From: Armatimonadota bacterium
Lineage (GTDB): Bacteria; Armatimonadota; UBA5829; DTJY01
DNA: 64,000 nt
Reading direction: 5' to 3'
Assembly: GCA_035528905.1 (NCBI GenBank)
Contig: DATKXU010000060.1
Coordinates: 8,863 to 72,862 of the forward strand
A model generated the notes under the pieces. The model did not search any database. It worked only from the letters and a program-made list of their open reading frames with translations, and was not told where the DNA came from. Shown here piece by piece: positions 1 through 9,830 of the stretch. A program made the translations under genes and the position numbers. Positions within the stretch are counted from its first letter, which is position 1. Each line of letters starts with the position of its first letter.

Positions 1-99
1 CCCGGTGATCTGAATCGAGTGCTTCAATACTTCGAGAAGGCCAGCCATACGCACACTCTGTCCGTGACCGACGGTTCCATCGCCGACGATCCCAGGCTG

Positions 100-294
100 T
101 TAACCTCGTGCCATTGCGGTACCGCACTTCGGACATTTCACCTGTGTGCAGGGCACGCCCGCCTGATGCGGAACCCTGTGGGCACAGTTAGGACAAACAC
201 AGGTGCCTCCTGGTCCTGCGGCGTACGGGCCGCCCATACGGCCCCTTCCACCTCGTCCACCGGACGGAGGGCCCAATCCATCTCCTCTAGGCAT
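100..294 (-). CDS. Small Gly/Arg-rich zinc-ribbon protein (DUF5320-like N-terminus), last gene of the feoAB operon
   Basis: Internal Met start gives MPRGDGLGPPSGGRGGRGRMGG followed by CVCPNCAHRV...CPKCGTAM (two CxxC pairs). Lies directly downstream of feoB on the same strand. Start codon uncertain (ORF open to 345). Confidence 0.35.
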   Translation of the reverse strand: MPRGDGLGPPSGGRGGRGRMGGPYAAGPGGTCVCPNCAHRVPHQAGVPCTQVKCPKCGTAMARG

Positions 295-400
295 CGTCGG
301 TTCACCTCCTTTCGGAACGCCTGTTGTACTGAACAGGAAAAGCATTTTGCACGCGCCTCCATTCTGTATGGTAGGCTTTATATAGGAAGATCCGGCGCTC

Positions 401-2107
401 TCAGAGAATGAGATTTAGCAGACCCCCGGCGATGAGTGCCACCAGGACCATTACCCCTGCGGCCTTGAGCATATCTTTCGGACCAAACTCGCGTAGGAGA
501 ACGGCGAAGGTTGCCACACATGGGAAATACGAAGCGAGTACTACAGAGGCAACCACGAGTTGCGCCTTGTCTAGACCCATCGGCGCGAGCATGCCGACAG
601 CTACATCTTTGCGCAGAAAACCGACAAGCAGGGCGCTGATGGCCTCTTCCGGCAGCCCAAGAATGGTCGTCAGTATCGGAGATGCCAGGTGACCGAAAAC
701 CTGAATGACACGCAGGGAGTGCAATAAGTTGACAATGAGCACTCCGAGCAAAACATAAGGTACCGCCTCAACTATGAACTGCCTGGTTCGCAGCCAGAGC
801 TTTTGAGCCACGGCCCGAACGGACGGGATGCGATACGGGGGAATTTCCAGGAATATCTCCGGCGACTCCTCGACAGCCGTCACCCTGAAGATCACGGCCA
901 GGATGAGCCAGAGTATCGCGAGTGTGCCGAAGACCAGCATCAGACCCGTCGCGCCGAACTTTCCAAGCAGGCCGATCACCATTGCGGTCTGAGCCATGCA
1001 TGGCACACAGATTGCCATCAGCGTAGCGGTGACGAAGCGTTGTCGGCGGGTCTCGAAAACGCGCGTTGACAACGCCCCGGGTACGTTGCAGCCCAATCCA
1101 AGCAGCATGGGAATGACTGCAAGCCCGTGCAGCCCGAGGCGATGCATAATAGTATCCATCAGCACTCCGAGCCGCGGCAGGTAGCCGACGTCTTCCAGAA
1201 TGCTGAGGACAAGGTAGAAGGCGACTACATAGGGCAACACCATTGCGAGGGGGACGTACAATCCAGTCGTCAGCAGGCCCATGGACTGTCCGAAATCTAT
1301 CCGCCCGTGTACCGGATTGCCTATCAGCAGGTCGTGAATATGCGTACCTCCCCCGATCAGGCTGGAGAGCTTCATTACGAGCGGCCTCCAATAGCTCTCG
1401 AAAAGCGGATCGAGAAGATAGCCGATCAGACCTTCACCGATGAGCCTGATTGTTTCAAAGCAGGCCAAAGCTACAAGAATCGAAAGCGGAATGCCGGTCC
1501 AAGGCCTCAGCGAGAGGTCCGCAAGAGCCTCCAATGGGGTGTGGTGGTGGTGACCCATCCTTTGAACCTGCTGGACGATCTCTCCTACGAGACACCACCG
1601 AGTGCTATTGTCATGCTGTAGCGAGTTCGCCTTAGCCTCTTGCAGGCGGGACATTAGTTCTTTGATTCCTTCCCCGCTAAGGGCGCATGTGGGTACCACC
1701 GGAACACCGAGCAGATCCTCCAACTTGCCCACGTCTATCTGTATGCCTTTATGCCCGGTCTCATCGAACATGTTGAGAGCTATGACTACCGGCTTTCCGC
1801 ACTTGAGAAGCTGCAGGGTAAGATACAGGTTGCGCTCAAGGTTGGTGGCATCTATCACATTGATTACCACATCGCCGTCTGCGAGCATTCCGACCGCCAC
1901 TTCCTCAGCTCTGCTTGTGGGTTCGAGACTGTATGTGCCGGGAGCGTCTACCACCTCACCCCAGCTATCATCGAGCTTCATCCTGCCCTTGGCGAACTCC
2001 ACTGTTGAGCCGGGATAATTGGAGGCGATAACCCGTGCGCCCGTGAGACGGGAGAAGACCACACTCTTTCCGACGTTGGGATTTCCGACCAGGAGAACGC
2101 GCTTCAC
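401..2107 (-). CDS. feoB: Ferrous iron transport protein B (FeoB)
   Basis: 568 aa. N-terminal G-domain motifs (GNPNVGKS, DAPG), then a large polytopic membrane domain typical of FeoB. ATGA overlap with upstream feoA. Confidence 0.92.
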   Translation of the reverse strand: MKRVLLVGNPNVGKSVVFSRLTGARVIASNYPGSTVEFAKGRMKLDDSWGEVVDAPGTYSLEPTSRAEEVAVGMLADGDVVINVIDATNLERNLYLTLQLLKCGKPVVIALNMFDETGHKGIQIDVGKLEDLLGVPVVPTCALSGEGIKELMSRLQEAKANSLQHDNSTRWCLVGEIVQQVQRMGHHHHTPLEALADLSLRPWTGIPLSILVALACFETIRLIGEGLIGYLLDPLFESYWRPLVMKLSSLIGGGTHIHDLLIGNPVHGRIDFGQSMGLLTTGLYVPLAMVLPYVVAFYLVLSILEDVGYLPRLGVLMDTIMHRLGLHGLAVIPMLLGLGCNVPGALSTRVFETRRQRFVTATLMAICVPCMAQTAMVIGLLGKFGATGLMLVFGTLAILWLILAVIFRVTAVEESPEIFLEIPPYRIPSVRAVAQKLWLRTRQFIVEAVPYVLLGVLIVNLLHSLRVIQVFGHLASPILTTILGLPEEAISALLVGFLRKDVAVGMLAPMGLDKAQLVVASVVLASYFPCVATFAVLLREFGPKDMLKAAGVMVLVALIAGGLLNLIL

Positions 2108-2331
2108 CCTCCGACCTCCACAATGATTCTCCGGGCGATGCCGAATCCAAGCGCCAGTTCGGTGCCGCCGACTTGGATGGTAACCGGCCCGCGCAGAGGT
2201 TGGGTGCTCTTTTTCGTTATGGCTACCCCGGGCCGTATCCCCCGGGTTTCCAGACGATGCGACAAACCGTGTCCTGCATCTATCCTCACGATAAAGCCCG
2301 TCTGATTCGGTTTCATGTCAGCAACTGTCAC
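2104..2331 (-). CDS. feoA: FeoA family iron transport protein
   Basis: 75 aa small SH3-like FeoA (MKPNQTGFIVRID...RLETRGIRPGVAI). Translationally coupled to feoB. Confidence 0.8.
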   Translation of the reverse strand: MTVADMKPNQTGFIVRIDAGHGLSHRLETRGIRPGVAITKKSTQPLRGPVTIQVGGTELALGFGIARRIIVEVGG

Positions 2332-2444
2332 GATTGGATACCACTCCTCCTTACAGCACGACTAAGCGCTTCCGGAATTGAGACTCGCCTGGCAATCCAA
2401 TCAGGCGGTCCGTTCTTCCCAGAACGCCAAGCCATTGTCCAAAG

Positions 2445-3251
2445 CTATGATTTCCTCAACCTGGTCATCGGAACTGCCAGGCATACCAGCAGAAACGAGA
2501 GCGCCACGATCGTTGCGGCGGACGGCAGGTCGAGCACGAAGGACATGTACAGCCCGAGAACTACTGGTATCACCGCTGCAATCACGGCGAGCACGAATGC
2601 CGTTTTCAGCGCCCTGGCAAGCATGAGTCCGAACACGCCCGGCACTACGAGAAACGCAAACACCAGCAGCATGCCGGCCATTCTGATCGCCAGCGCTATA
2701 GTGACCCCCAGGGTCATGTAGAAAATGAGCTCCCAGATTCTCGCTCTCATGCCCAACGTCTCTGCCATCTCCGGATCGAACGAGCTAAATACAAACTCCT
2801 TGTGAAAGAGACAATGGATCAGTCCCACCCCGATGAACGTGCCAGCCATCAAGTGAATGTCCCCTGGGGTTACGGCAAGAATGTTGCCGAAGAGGAGGTT
2901 AAGCATGTGGGATTCTCCCTGAGCGCTTCTTGCGACTAGTAGAATCCCGAGAGCCGCCGCTGTGGCATACGCTATGCCTATAATGCTCTCCCTGGGGACC
3001 TTCTTCTCGGATGAGCGAATGGAGAAGACGGCTACGCCGAGCAGCATGAACAACAGCGAGAGCAGCGTCGGACTTAAACCCAGCAGGAGCGCCATAGCTA
3101 CACCTGCGGAAGACATCTGAGCGAGCGCAACTCCTACGAATACAATTCGCTTGAGCACAACAAATACCGCAAGGAACGCGCAAAGCACGCTGATAAGCAG
3201 ACCCGCGAAAAGCGCGTGCTGCATAAACGGTATGCGAAAGACTTCGAGCAT
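2445..3251 (-). CDS. Metal ABC transporter permease (ABC-3 family, ZnuB/MntB-like)
   Basis: 268 aa polytopic membrane protein with the ABC-3 permease pattern. Adjacent to the cognate ATPase and SBP genes. Confidence 0.82.
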   Translation of the reverse strand: MLEVFRIPFMQHALFAGLLISVLCAFLAVFVVLKRIVFVGVALAQMSSAGVAMALLLGLSPTLLSLLFMLLGVAVFSIRSSEKKVPRESIIGIAYATAAALGILLVARSAQGESHMLNLLFGNILAVTPGDIHLMAGTFIGVGLIHCLFHKEFVFSSFDPEMAETLGMRARIWELIFYMTLGVTIALAIRMAGMLLVFAFLVVPGVFGLMLARALKTAFVLAVIAAVIPVVLGLYMSFVLDLPSAATIVALSFLLVCLAVPMTRLRKS

Positions 3252-3264
3252 AACGTGCTCCTTT

Positions 3265-4038
3265 CTACACTACAACCACTTGCCCGGCAACCTCCGCAAC
3301 CTCGACCGGGATAGAGTACAGTTTGCTAAGGTTCTCCGCCGTCACAGCCTGCTTGACATCCTGGATCTGGAACGCCGAGTCGTCCAGGAAAGCTATTTTG
3401 TTCGCATAGTTTACAACCACACCAAGCGTATGGCTGACTAGTATTACGGTCAGCGAGTGCTCATCGTGCAGATGCCGGATCAGCTGCATGATCGCCTTTT
3501 CCGCCCCCAGGTCCAGGTCGGTGGTGGGCTCATCCAGTACAAGGACCACGGGGTCTGCTACAAGCGCCCTTGCGAGCAACACTCGTTGCTTTTGCCCCCC
3601 GGAGAGATCGCGGTACGGGGCTGAGGAGAGATGATCCAGTCCCACATGAGCAAGGCACTCCCTTGATCGCTCAATGTCCGATCTCCTCGGTCTCCGAAAC
3701 GGCCCCAGAAGCCCATATCTGCCCATCAGGACTACGTCGAACGCGGTAAGGGGGTAGGCCTCGTCAACCATCTGGCGCTGTGGCACGTAGCCGAAGCGGA
3801 GGACTGCATGTCTCTTCGCATGATAGACTATGTTGCCAGCAAGCGGCTTCAAGGTCCCCAGGATAGCCCTGAGGAGCGTTGTCTTCCCTGCGCCGTTCGG
3901 ACCGACGATTCCCAGGAAGTCCCCTCGCTCGAGTGAGAAGTTGAGATACTGTAGGACGGCTCTCCTGCCGTAGCCAAGTGTTACGTTCTTAAATTCGATC
4001 AGCTTTTCCATTTCGGGCCTCCGCTTCACCTCGTACAT
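3265..4038 (-). CDS. Metal ABC transporter ATP-binding protein (ZnuC/MntA-like)
   Basis: Walker A GPNGAGKTT, ABC signature LSGGQKQR, Walker B LVLDEPT. Confidence 0.88.
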   Translation of the reverse strand: MYEVKRRPEMEKLIEFKNVTLGYGRRAVLQYLNFSLERGDFLGIVGPNGAGKTTLLRAILGTLKPLAGNIVYHAKRHAVLRFGYVPQRQMVDEAYPLTAFDVVLMGRYGLLGPFRRPRRSDIERSRECLAHVGLDHLSSAPYRDLSGGQKQRVLLARALVADPVVLVLDEPTTDLDLGAEKAIMQLIRHLHDEHSLTVILVSHTLGVVVNYANKIAFLDDSAFQIQDVKQAVTAENLSKLYSIPVEVAEVAGQVVVV

Positions 4039-4949
4039 TACTTCAGGGCATCTGCAACTTGATTGGCCAGATGGTCAAATAGCTCGAAGTAGCTGTCTGC
4101 TCCCTTCATCGCCCCGACGGACGTGGGCACTATCAACAACTTTGCTCCGGTTTCTCTGGCAATCATCTGCGGGAACTTCCTGGGATAGAATGGCTCCATC
4201 AGAATGACCTTCACACGCGCGCCTTTCATCCGTTTGATGAGCGAGTTGACGTGTGAAGGTGATGGAGGTATCCCCGGCTTCGGCTCCACATTGCCAAACT
4301 CGACCAGCCCGAAGCGGTTGTTGAAGTAAGCCCAGCTCTTGTGGTAAGTTACCACCTTTGCTCCGTCAAAGGGAGCAAGCCTTTTCTTCCAGGCGGATAT
4401 TGCCTTGTCGAGCTTGTTCGCAAAACTCTCGTAATTTCCCCTGAAGTAAGCTTCGTCGCCCGGCGATACTCGGATCAGACCTGCCAGAATGCTTCTTGCG
4501 ATCACCTTGCCGTTTGCCGGATCAAGCCAGTAGTGAGGGTTGCCGTAGATGTGGATATGGCCCATGGAAGGGTCCAGCTTGACGGTGGGAATCTCGAGCT
4601 TTCTAATACCTGTCGAGGCGTCAACATATCCCTGCGCGCCGTAGACAATCTTCTTGTTGCGGGCTGCATCCACCAGCCCTTGTGCCCATATGTCCAGATC
4701 CATCCCGACCCTCACGAAGAGGTCGGCTTTTCTGAGATAGTTCACCATGCTCGGACGAGGTTCCACGAAATGCATGTCCTGGTCACCACGTGCGAGCGAG
4801 ATCGCACTGACTTTGCTGCCGCCGATACTCCTCGCAATATCGGCGAGATCAGGCGTTGTAGTCACGACATTGATCTTTGCATAAGCTGCCGATGACAATG
4901 CTCCCAGCAGCGCCACCGTGGCAGTAAGTAACATCAGCCTTGTTTTCAT
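4038..4949 (-). CDS. Metal ABC transporter substrate-binding protein (ZnuA/TroA family)
   Basis: 303 aa. Signal peptide MKTRLMLLTATVALLGALSSAAYA, TroA-like fold pattern. First gene of the ABC triplet. Confidence 0.85.
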   Translation of the reverse strand: MKTRLMLLTATVALLGALSSAAYAKINVVTTTPDLADIARSIGGSKVSAISLARGDQDMHFVEPRPSMVNYLRKADLFVRVGMDLDIWAQGLVDAARNKKIVYGAQGYVDASTGIRKLEIPTVKLDPSMGHIHIYGNPHYWLDPANGKVIARSILAGLIRVSPGDEAYFRGNYESFANKLDKAISAWKKRLAPFDGAKVVTYHKSWAYFNNRFGLVEFGNVEPKPGIPPSPSHVNSLIKRMKGARVKVILMEPFYPRKFPQMIARETGAKLLIVPTSVGAMKGADSYFELFDHLANQVADALK

Positions 4950-4970
4950 ATCAATACCTCCAGTCTCTGA

Positions 4971-6302
4971 CTATTCGAGGGGGTGGCTGTGGGGACCGAT
5001 GCCCCAGATCACCTGCAAGAGTCCCTCGTTCACCGTGCCGACTCCGGCCCGGGAACCATGGGTGAGCTGCAACCTTAGGGTCGTAGTCTCCGTCAACTGA
5101 TTGCTCACGATCGCAGATATCCCGGAGTCGTGACCCTCGGAAGGGAACGGCCGCTCGCTCCGGTCGTACCTGAGACCTGCGTTCCAGTACTTATCCCACT
5201 TGTAGTTGCCGAAGAGATAGTATCCGAGCCTCGTGTGTCCGGCACGGCGGTGCGTGAGGATTTCGCCCTGAAGCAGAAGCCTCTTGTGCGCGGCCGGCCA
5301 GAGTTTATAGGTGAAGTCCAGACCTGCCAGCGTGATGCTGTCCCGAACATCGAGTTCCTCATTATGCTCTTCGCAAAGGCCTGTGCCATGAGCGCCGCTC
5401 AGCCCTATCTCGATTTCAGATGTATCGGATACCGGCCGCGAGGTCCAGAGGCGTGCTGAGTACAGTTTGTCATCGAATCCCGGCCCAAGATGGGAGTGCT
5501 CGTGTTCGTCTTCGTGCTCGTGAGCCCTGACCTTCCACGCACCAATGTCCAGGTTGGCAAACAGCTTTCCTGGGGTAGGGAGGAGATATCCGAGGGACAA
5601 TCCCTCCGTGATCAGGCCTTCCTCCCCCAGGAAGTTGGTGATCACTCTGGGAGCGTCCACATATAGCCAGTGGTGCGGGTGAAGCTTGTTCACCTTCCCG
5701 AAATCCAGCCTGGTTTTGCCCACCTTGGCGCTGAGGTCGGTGTTGCCGATCTGCTGGAAAGATATGTACGCTTCTTCCAGCACAGCCTGGTGCTCGTGAG
5801 CATCGCCCAGGCAGATGATGGTATCTCCTCTTATCTGCGGGTAAAGGTATCCTTGAAGCGCAACCTCCGCTCCGCGGACAATGAAGGCATTCCGGTCTTC
5901 GTCCGACTTATCCGAGGTCGCTTTGCCAACGGTGTCGCCTACTATGCTGATATCCGGAAGCAGCGTCTGCGGAACACCTGTAGCGACAGAACCCCCGAGG
6001 ACTTCGGGCTGAGCAGGTATCGCTGTTTCTTCCTCGGGGACTTCTTCCGGCATTCCTTCAGTATCTTCTGCAGGACTTCGCTCGATAGATTCCTCTGCAG
6101 AGGTCTTGGACGAACGCTCGGCTTCCAGCTTTTCAACTTTACTTTCCAGCTCCGCCAGCCTCGCTTTCATTGCCTCAAACTCGGCTATGGGAACCATAAT
6201 TGTCTGCTGCTTGGTTCGGTTCTTATCCGTGCTTTCGGACCACCCCGCAACCGAACACATACAGATTGGAATGCACAGGAGTGCTGTGATGACACGTTTC
6301 AT
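4971..6302 (-). CDS. Secreted His-rich protein, putative outer-membrane/metal-binding component heading the znu-feo operon
   Basis: 443 aa. Signal peptide, N-terminal coiled coil, acidic stretch, HEHEDEHEHSH His-rich segment, C-terminal beta-rich region. 21 nt upstream of the SBP gene on the same strand. Confidence 0.45.
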   Translation of the reverse strand: MKRVITALLCIPICMCSVAGWSESTDKNRTKQQTIMVPIAEFEAMKARLAELESKVEKLEAERSSKTSAEESIERSPAEDTEGMPEEVPEEETAIPAQPEVLGGSVATGVPQTLLPDISIVGDTVGKATSDKSDEDRNAFIVRGAEVALQGYLYPQIRGDTIICLGDAHEHQAVLEEAYISFQQIGNTDLSAKVGKTRLDFGKVNKLHPHHWLYVDAPRVITNFLGEEGLITEGLSLGYLLPTPGKLFANLDIGAWKVRAHEHEDEHEHSHLGPGFDDKLYSARLWTSRPVSDTSEIEIGLSGAHGTGLCEEHNEELDVRDSITLAGLDFTYKLWPAAHKRLLLQGEILTHRRAGHTRLGYYLFGNYKWDKYWNAGLRYDRSERPFPSEGHDSGISAIVSNQLTETTTLRLQLTHGSRAGVGTVNEGLLQVIWGIGPHSHPLE

Positions 6303-6930
6303 ACTCGACTAAACCTCCTCATATATGTTCCAGCCAGACACGATGCCGTAGGCTCATGGGCAAGCGGCTGCATGTCTTAGTTTACAGGCAGGTGGCTGGA
6401 CATGTATTAGATAGCGGGTTTGAGGGAAGTTTAGCCAAGCGGAGGGCCGCGGGCTTGGATTAGGAGCGTAGGTTCCTGGTAGTGGGGCACGAACTTGCAG
6501 ATCGCAAATGGGGCAATTGCCTCGGCCGGGGCGTAGGGAGAAATACTCTGTTGGATGGACAGACTGCTTCTCGTCCATGTACATGCTACACACGTACCTC
6601 GATTGTTGTCCTGGGTCGGAAGCTGTGAGGTGAAAGTTTCGTGTTGTGGAGCATCGAGCGATACCGGCGCCGTTCGCGCTACCTGCGCCGGTTCATACAT
6701 CTCAGGATGTCCTCCGCCGCAGGTGTGCAAGAAGGGTGCGCTGATCGCGAGAATCGCGTACGGCAGCAGTAACCACAGGCCCATCTGGAATTTGAGACAT
6801 CGGTGCTGGTTACTCATAGTCGAGTACGTTCCGCCTGATAGGCTCGGGTAAGCCGAGCTATCTTACCACATTTTCGGTCCTGGCTGAAGAGCTTTATCGG
6901 GTCATGTGACCTGATAGCATTGTTTCGGCA

Positions 6931-7338
6931 TCAGAACATGTCTTTGAATCGCGTTATCCACCATTCTGGGTACGGCTGGTCAATTGTCTTATCCTCGCAC
7001 GATTTCAGGTTTGCGAGCTTGCGAGTGCGCTTGTTTCGGTCACTTGTAAGAATCTCGTATGCTTCTGCGATCACCTTGAACCTATCGCTAAGTGTCCCGT
7101 CCGAGGGATTAGTGTCCGGGTGAAGTCGCCGCGCGAGCGAGCGGTACGTTTGCTTGATCTCCTTCATATTCGCTGACGGCCCGACGCCGAGAACCTTTCG
7201 CGCAAGGCTTTCTGCACTCTCGATATCCGCAGGCCATACCCAATCATACCAGTACTCGTTCCAAGATTCTCCCGACATCGCATCACCTGTCAGCAAAAGC
7301 GTTCCGTCCACTGATCGCCGGCGAGAGGCGCGTCTCAT
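6931..7338 (-). CDS. J-domain (DnaJ-like) protein
   Basis: J-domain signature KQTYRSLARRLHPDTNP...AEAYEILTS with the HPD motif. Confidence 0.7.
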   Translation of the reverse strand: MRRASRRRSVDGTLLLTGDAMSGESWNEYWYDWVWPADIESAESLARKVLGVGPSANMKEIKQTYRSLARRLHPDTNPSDGTLSDRFKVIAEAYEILTSDRNKRTRKLANLKSCEDKTIDQPYPEWWITRFKDMF

Positions 7339-7359
7339 GCCAACACACCGCAGCTCAGG

Positions 7360-7806
7360 CTACCGGCCAGATCGCCCGCGGCGGCGCAACCTCTTTGGCG
7401 AACAACCGCCGGTACCGTACCTGGTAGTCCTTGATTGCCTGCCAACATCGGCAGCTCTGTCTATCAGGAGGGTGATTACCGCCCCGGCTACACGGCCGAG
7501 AATAGTGAGCCATTTGCGGGATGAAATAGTTGATGGGACTCCGGCGCCGCCCTGCTTCACAGGTCGAGCCTCCAAGTGGATGATCTCTCCGGTCTCCGGC
7601 CGTGCGTCTCCGGGGGCCACAGGTAGTGCTGTAACCACCAGCTCGATCGCATCATTCGCACATGCCTGAACGCAGGCCCCGCATTCTGTGCACTTATTAT
7701 CATCAACGACGGCAATCTCGTTGACTAACGAGATTGCCTCTGCTGTACATGCGGCCAGGCATGAACCACAGCCATTGCACTTGTCAGGACTTACTCTGGC
7801 AGCCAT
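7360..7806 (-). CDS. 4Fe-4S dicluster ferredoxin-domain protein
   Basis: CNGCGSCLAAC and CTECGACVQAC cluster motifs. Start chosen at the internal Met (MAARVSPDK) to limit overlap with the upstream gene. Confidence 0.72.
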   Translation of the reverse strand: MAARVSPDKCNGCGSCLAACTAEAISLVNEIAVVDDNKCTECGACVQACANDAIELVVTALPVAPGDARPETGEIIHLEARPVKQGGAGVPSTISSRKWLTILGRVAGAVITLLIDRAADVGRQSRTTRYGTGGCSPKRLRRRGRSGR

Positions 7807-8170
7807 CGTTCCGCTCCTGATTTGAACCGCAGCCGTGGCCGCTGTGGGAACAAGCGCTCTCGCCGCCTGCCAGCGTGCCTGCCAGATAGGCCTGTAAGAC
7901 GTCACCGATTGTTCCCTGAACGCCCAGGACAAGCTCGATCCCGTGCGACTCGAAGCTCTGCTGTGCCCTGGCGCCCATTCCGCCTGCGATCACACAATCC
8001 ACACCCATCCGTGCCAGGTATTCGGGCAGCACGCATGGCTCATGCGCGGGCGTGGGAACGGACAGTTTCGAGACAACCCTGCCGTTCTCCACGCTGAACA
8101 GCTCATACTCGGCGCAGTGCCCAAAGTGACTGGACACATATCCGCCATCGTTCGCAATCGCGATCTTCAA
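7784..8170 (-). CDS. NifB/NifX-like dinitrogenase FeMo-cofactor-binding domain protein
   Basis: MKIAIANDGGYVSSHFGHCAEYELF...DCVIAGGMGARAQQSFESHGIE matches the Nitro_FeMo-Co fold pattern. Confidence 0.72.
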   Translation of the reverse strand: MKIAIANDGGYVSSHFGHCAEYELFSVENGRVVSKLSVPTPAHEPCVLPEYLARMGVDCVIAGGMGARAQQSFESHGIELVLGVQGTIGDVLQAYLAGTLAGGESACSHSGHGCGSNQERNDGCQSKS

Positions 8171-8188
8171 CTCTGTTCCTCCTCCTGT

Positions 8189-9004
8189 TTAGATTTGCCA
8201 CGACATTCCCGCCCTGGCGAGAACCACTCTCGATCCGAGCCGGTCTCGCAGGTATTCGTAAGCCGCCTTCCCGGTACAGTGGCAGCAAGCGATTGTCTTG
8301 ATCCGCACTTTATCGAAGAACTCGGCAACCTCGGACATTCTCTCCTCCGTGGCCCCGCCGAGATGCAAACCACCCAGCACTAGTTCCAGCTCATCCGTAT
8401 TCGCGACACACATCGCCGTGAGCAAGTTGTTCTCCACGCCCCGATGGGCGCATCCGAGCAGAACCGAAGTCCCGGAATCCCCACGCAGAATAAGGCACTG
8501 TTCATCCTCAAACGTATCCAGTTCAACCCCCTCGTCGCCAGCGACGAGGAACTTGCTGGTCAACCGGTGTAGTCCCCCGCGCATAGGAATCTCGCCGCTC
8601 AGCATTATGCCCGGCAGTATTTCAACCGGTCGCCGGTTGAAGTGAAAACAGGCGGCATCTCCAGCAGATGCTGCGTCGGCAGGGATGCCAATGTATCTCA
8701 AGCCGTTCTCAGACCTGGCATACTTCGCCACAAAGACGGCTGGGTGCGCATAGTATTCCGCCGATGGGAGACACCGCATTGCCGCTCCCAGTCCACCGGC
8801 GTGGTCGTAATGGCCGTGGCTCAGAGCAATGGCCTTGATCTCCGAAAGATGCGCCCCCAGGCTACCAAGGTTCTCAAGCCATGCATCCGTCTGCCCGGTA
8901 TCGAACAAGACCGAGCCACTGCTTGACTCCACCAGAATGCTCAACCCGTGCTCCGACCGGAGACTACCGAGAGCCAGATTGTCAACTACCAGAGTCACTC
9001 TCAC
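8189..9004 (-). CDS. MBL-fold metallo-hydrolase
   Basis: HGHYDHAGG metal-binding motif and beta-lactamase-fold layout. Confidence 0.78.
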   Translation of the reverse strand: MRVTLVVDNLALGSLRSEHGLSILVESSSGSVLFDTGQTDAWLENLGSLGAHLSEIKAIALSHGHYDHAGGLGAAMRCLPSAEYYAHPAVFVAKYARSENGLRYIGIPADAASAGDAACFHFNRRPVEILPGIMLSGEIPMRGGLHRLTSKFLVAGDEGVELDTFEDEQCLILRGDSGTSVLLGCAHRGVENNLLTAMCVANTDELELVLGGLHLGGATEERMSEVAEFFDKVRIKTIACCHCTGKAAYEYLRDRLGSRVVLARAGMSWQI

Positions 9005-9821
9005 CGCGGATATCGGCTTTCTTTGCCCAAGCAGCGCTTTCTATCAGATTTGCCATCTCCAGGCGCTTATCGTCAAACGGGTTTTCCGAATAGCTCTCAA
9101 TCGAGCCCTCGTCGGCCAACCTGGAAATCTCCTGGTCAATCGGTATGTCGAGAAGATAGGGAATGCCCATGCTTGCGGCAAGCTCTGCTCCGTTGGTGTT
9201 CCCAAAGGGATAAACCCTCTCTCCGCATGAAGGGCATACAAGATGGGCCATATTTTGTACCAAACCCAAAACCGGCACACGCATCCTGCGGCACATATTG
9301 ACCGCTTTCCGTACGACCATTGCCGACAGGTTTTGTGGAGATGTGACTATGACCACACAATCGAGCGGTAGGCTCTGCATCACAGTCAAAGGCGCGTCCG
9401 CTGTGCCGGGCGGTAAGTCAACCAGTAGGTAATCGAGTTCCCCCCACAAGACCTCCTCCCAGAATTGCTTTATCGTGTTTGAGATCAGGGGGCCGCGCCA
9501 GATAATCGCTTCGTCGGGACTTGGCAGGAACAGGTTGATTGAAACCAGCCTGATCCCAGAGCCGGTCTCCGGCGGAATTATGCCTAGTTCGCAGGCGTCG
9601 GGTCGGGTGTTCACCCCGAAGATTTTCGGGATACTGGGGCCGGTGATGTCGGCGTCCAAGATTCCCGTCCTGCTGCCGGCTTTCTGGAAAGCGGTGGCGA
9701 GGAGCGCTGTCACAAGGGACTTGCCCACTCCTCCCTTGCCGCTCATAATTCCCACAACGTGAGAGATTCTCCTGGATTGCTGTGCAAGGGATGGTTGTTC
9801 ATTTACTTCCGTGTTGCTCAC
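8982..9821 (-). CDS. Mrp/NBP35 (ApbC) family Fe-S cluster carrier ATPase
   Basis: Deviant Walker A GKGGVGKS. C-terminal CPSCG cluster-ligand motif. Confidence 0.85.
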   Translation of the reverse strand: MSNTEVNEQPSLAQQSRRISHVVGIMSGKGGVGKSLVTALLATAFQKAGSRTGILDADITGPSIPKIFGVNTRPDACELGIIPPETGSGIRLVSINLFLPSPDEAIIWRGPLISNTIKQFWEEVLWGELDYLLVDLPPGTADAPLTVMQSLPLDCVVIVTSPQNLSAMVVRKAVNMCRRMRVPVLGLVQNMAHLVCPSCGERVYPFGNTNGAELAASMGIPYLLDIPIDQEISRLADEGSIESYSENPFDDKRLEMANLIESAAWAKKADIRGESDSGS

Positions 9822-9830
9822 TTAAGCTCC

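Noticed and set aside
19-411. 130-aa plus-strand ORF at the window edge
   Set aside because: Antisense to the small GR-rich zinc-ribbon gene downstream of feoB and overlaps the feoB stop. Composition looks like a GC-frame artefact.
5670-6380. 236-aa plus-strand ORF
   Set aside because: Antisense to the His-rich secreted protein gene, which is operonic with the ABC transporter.
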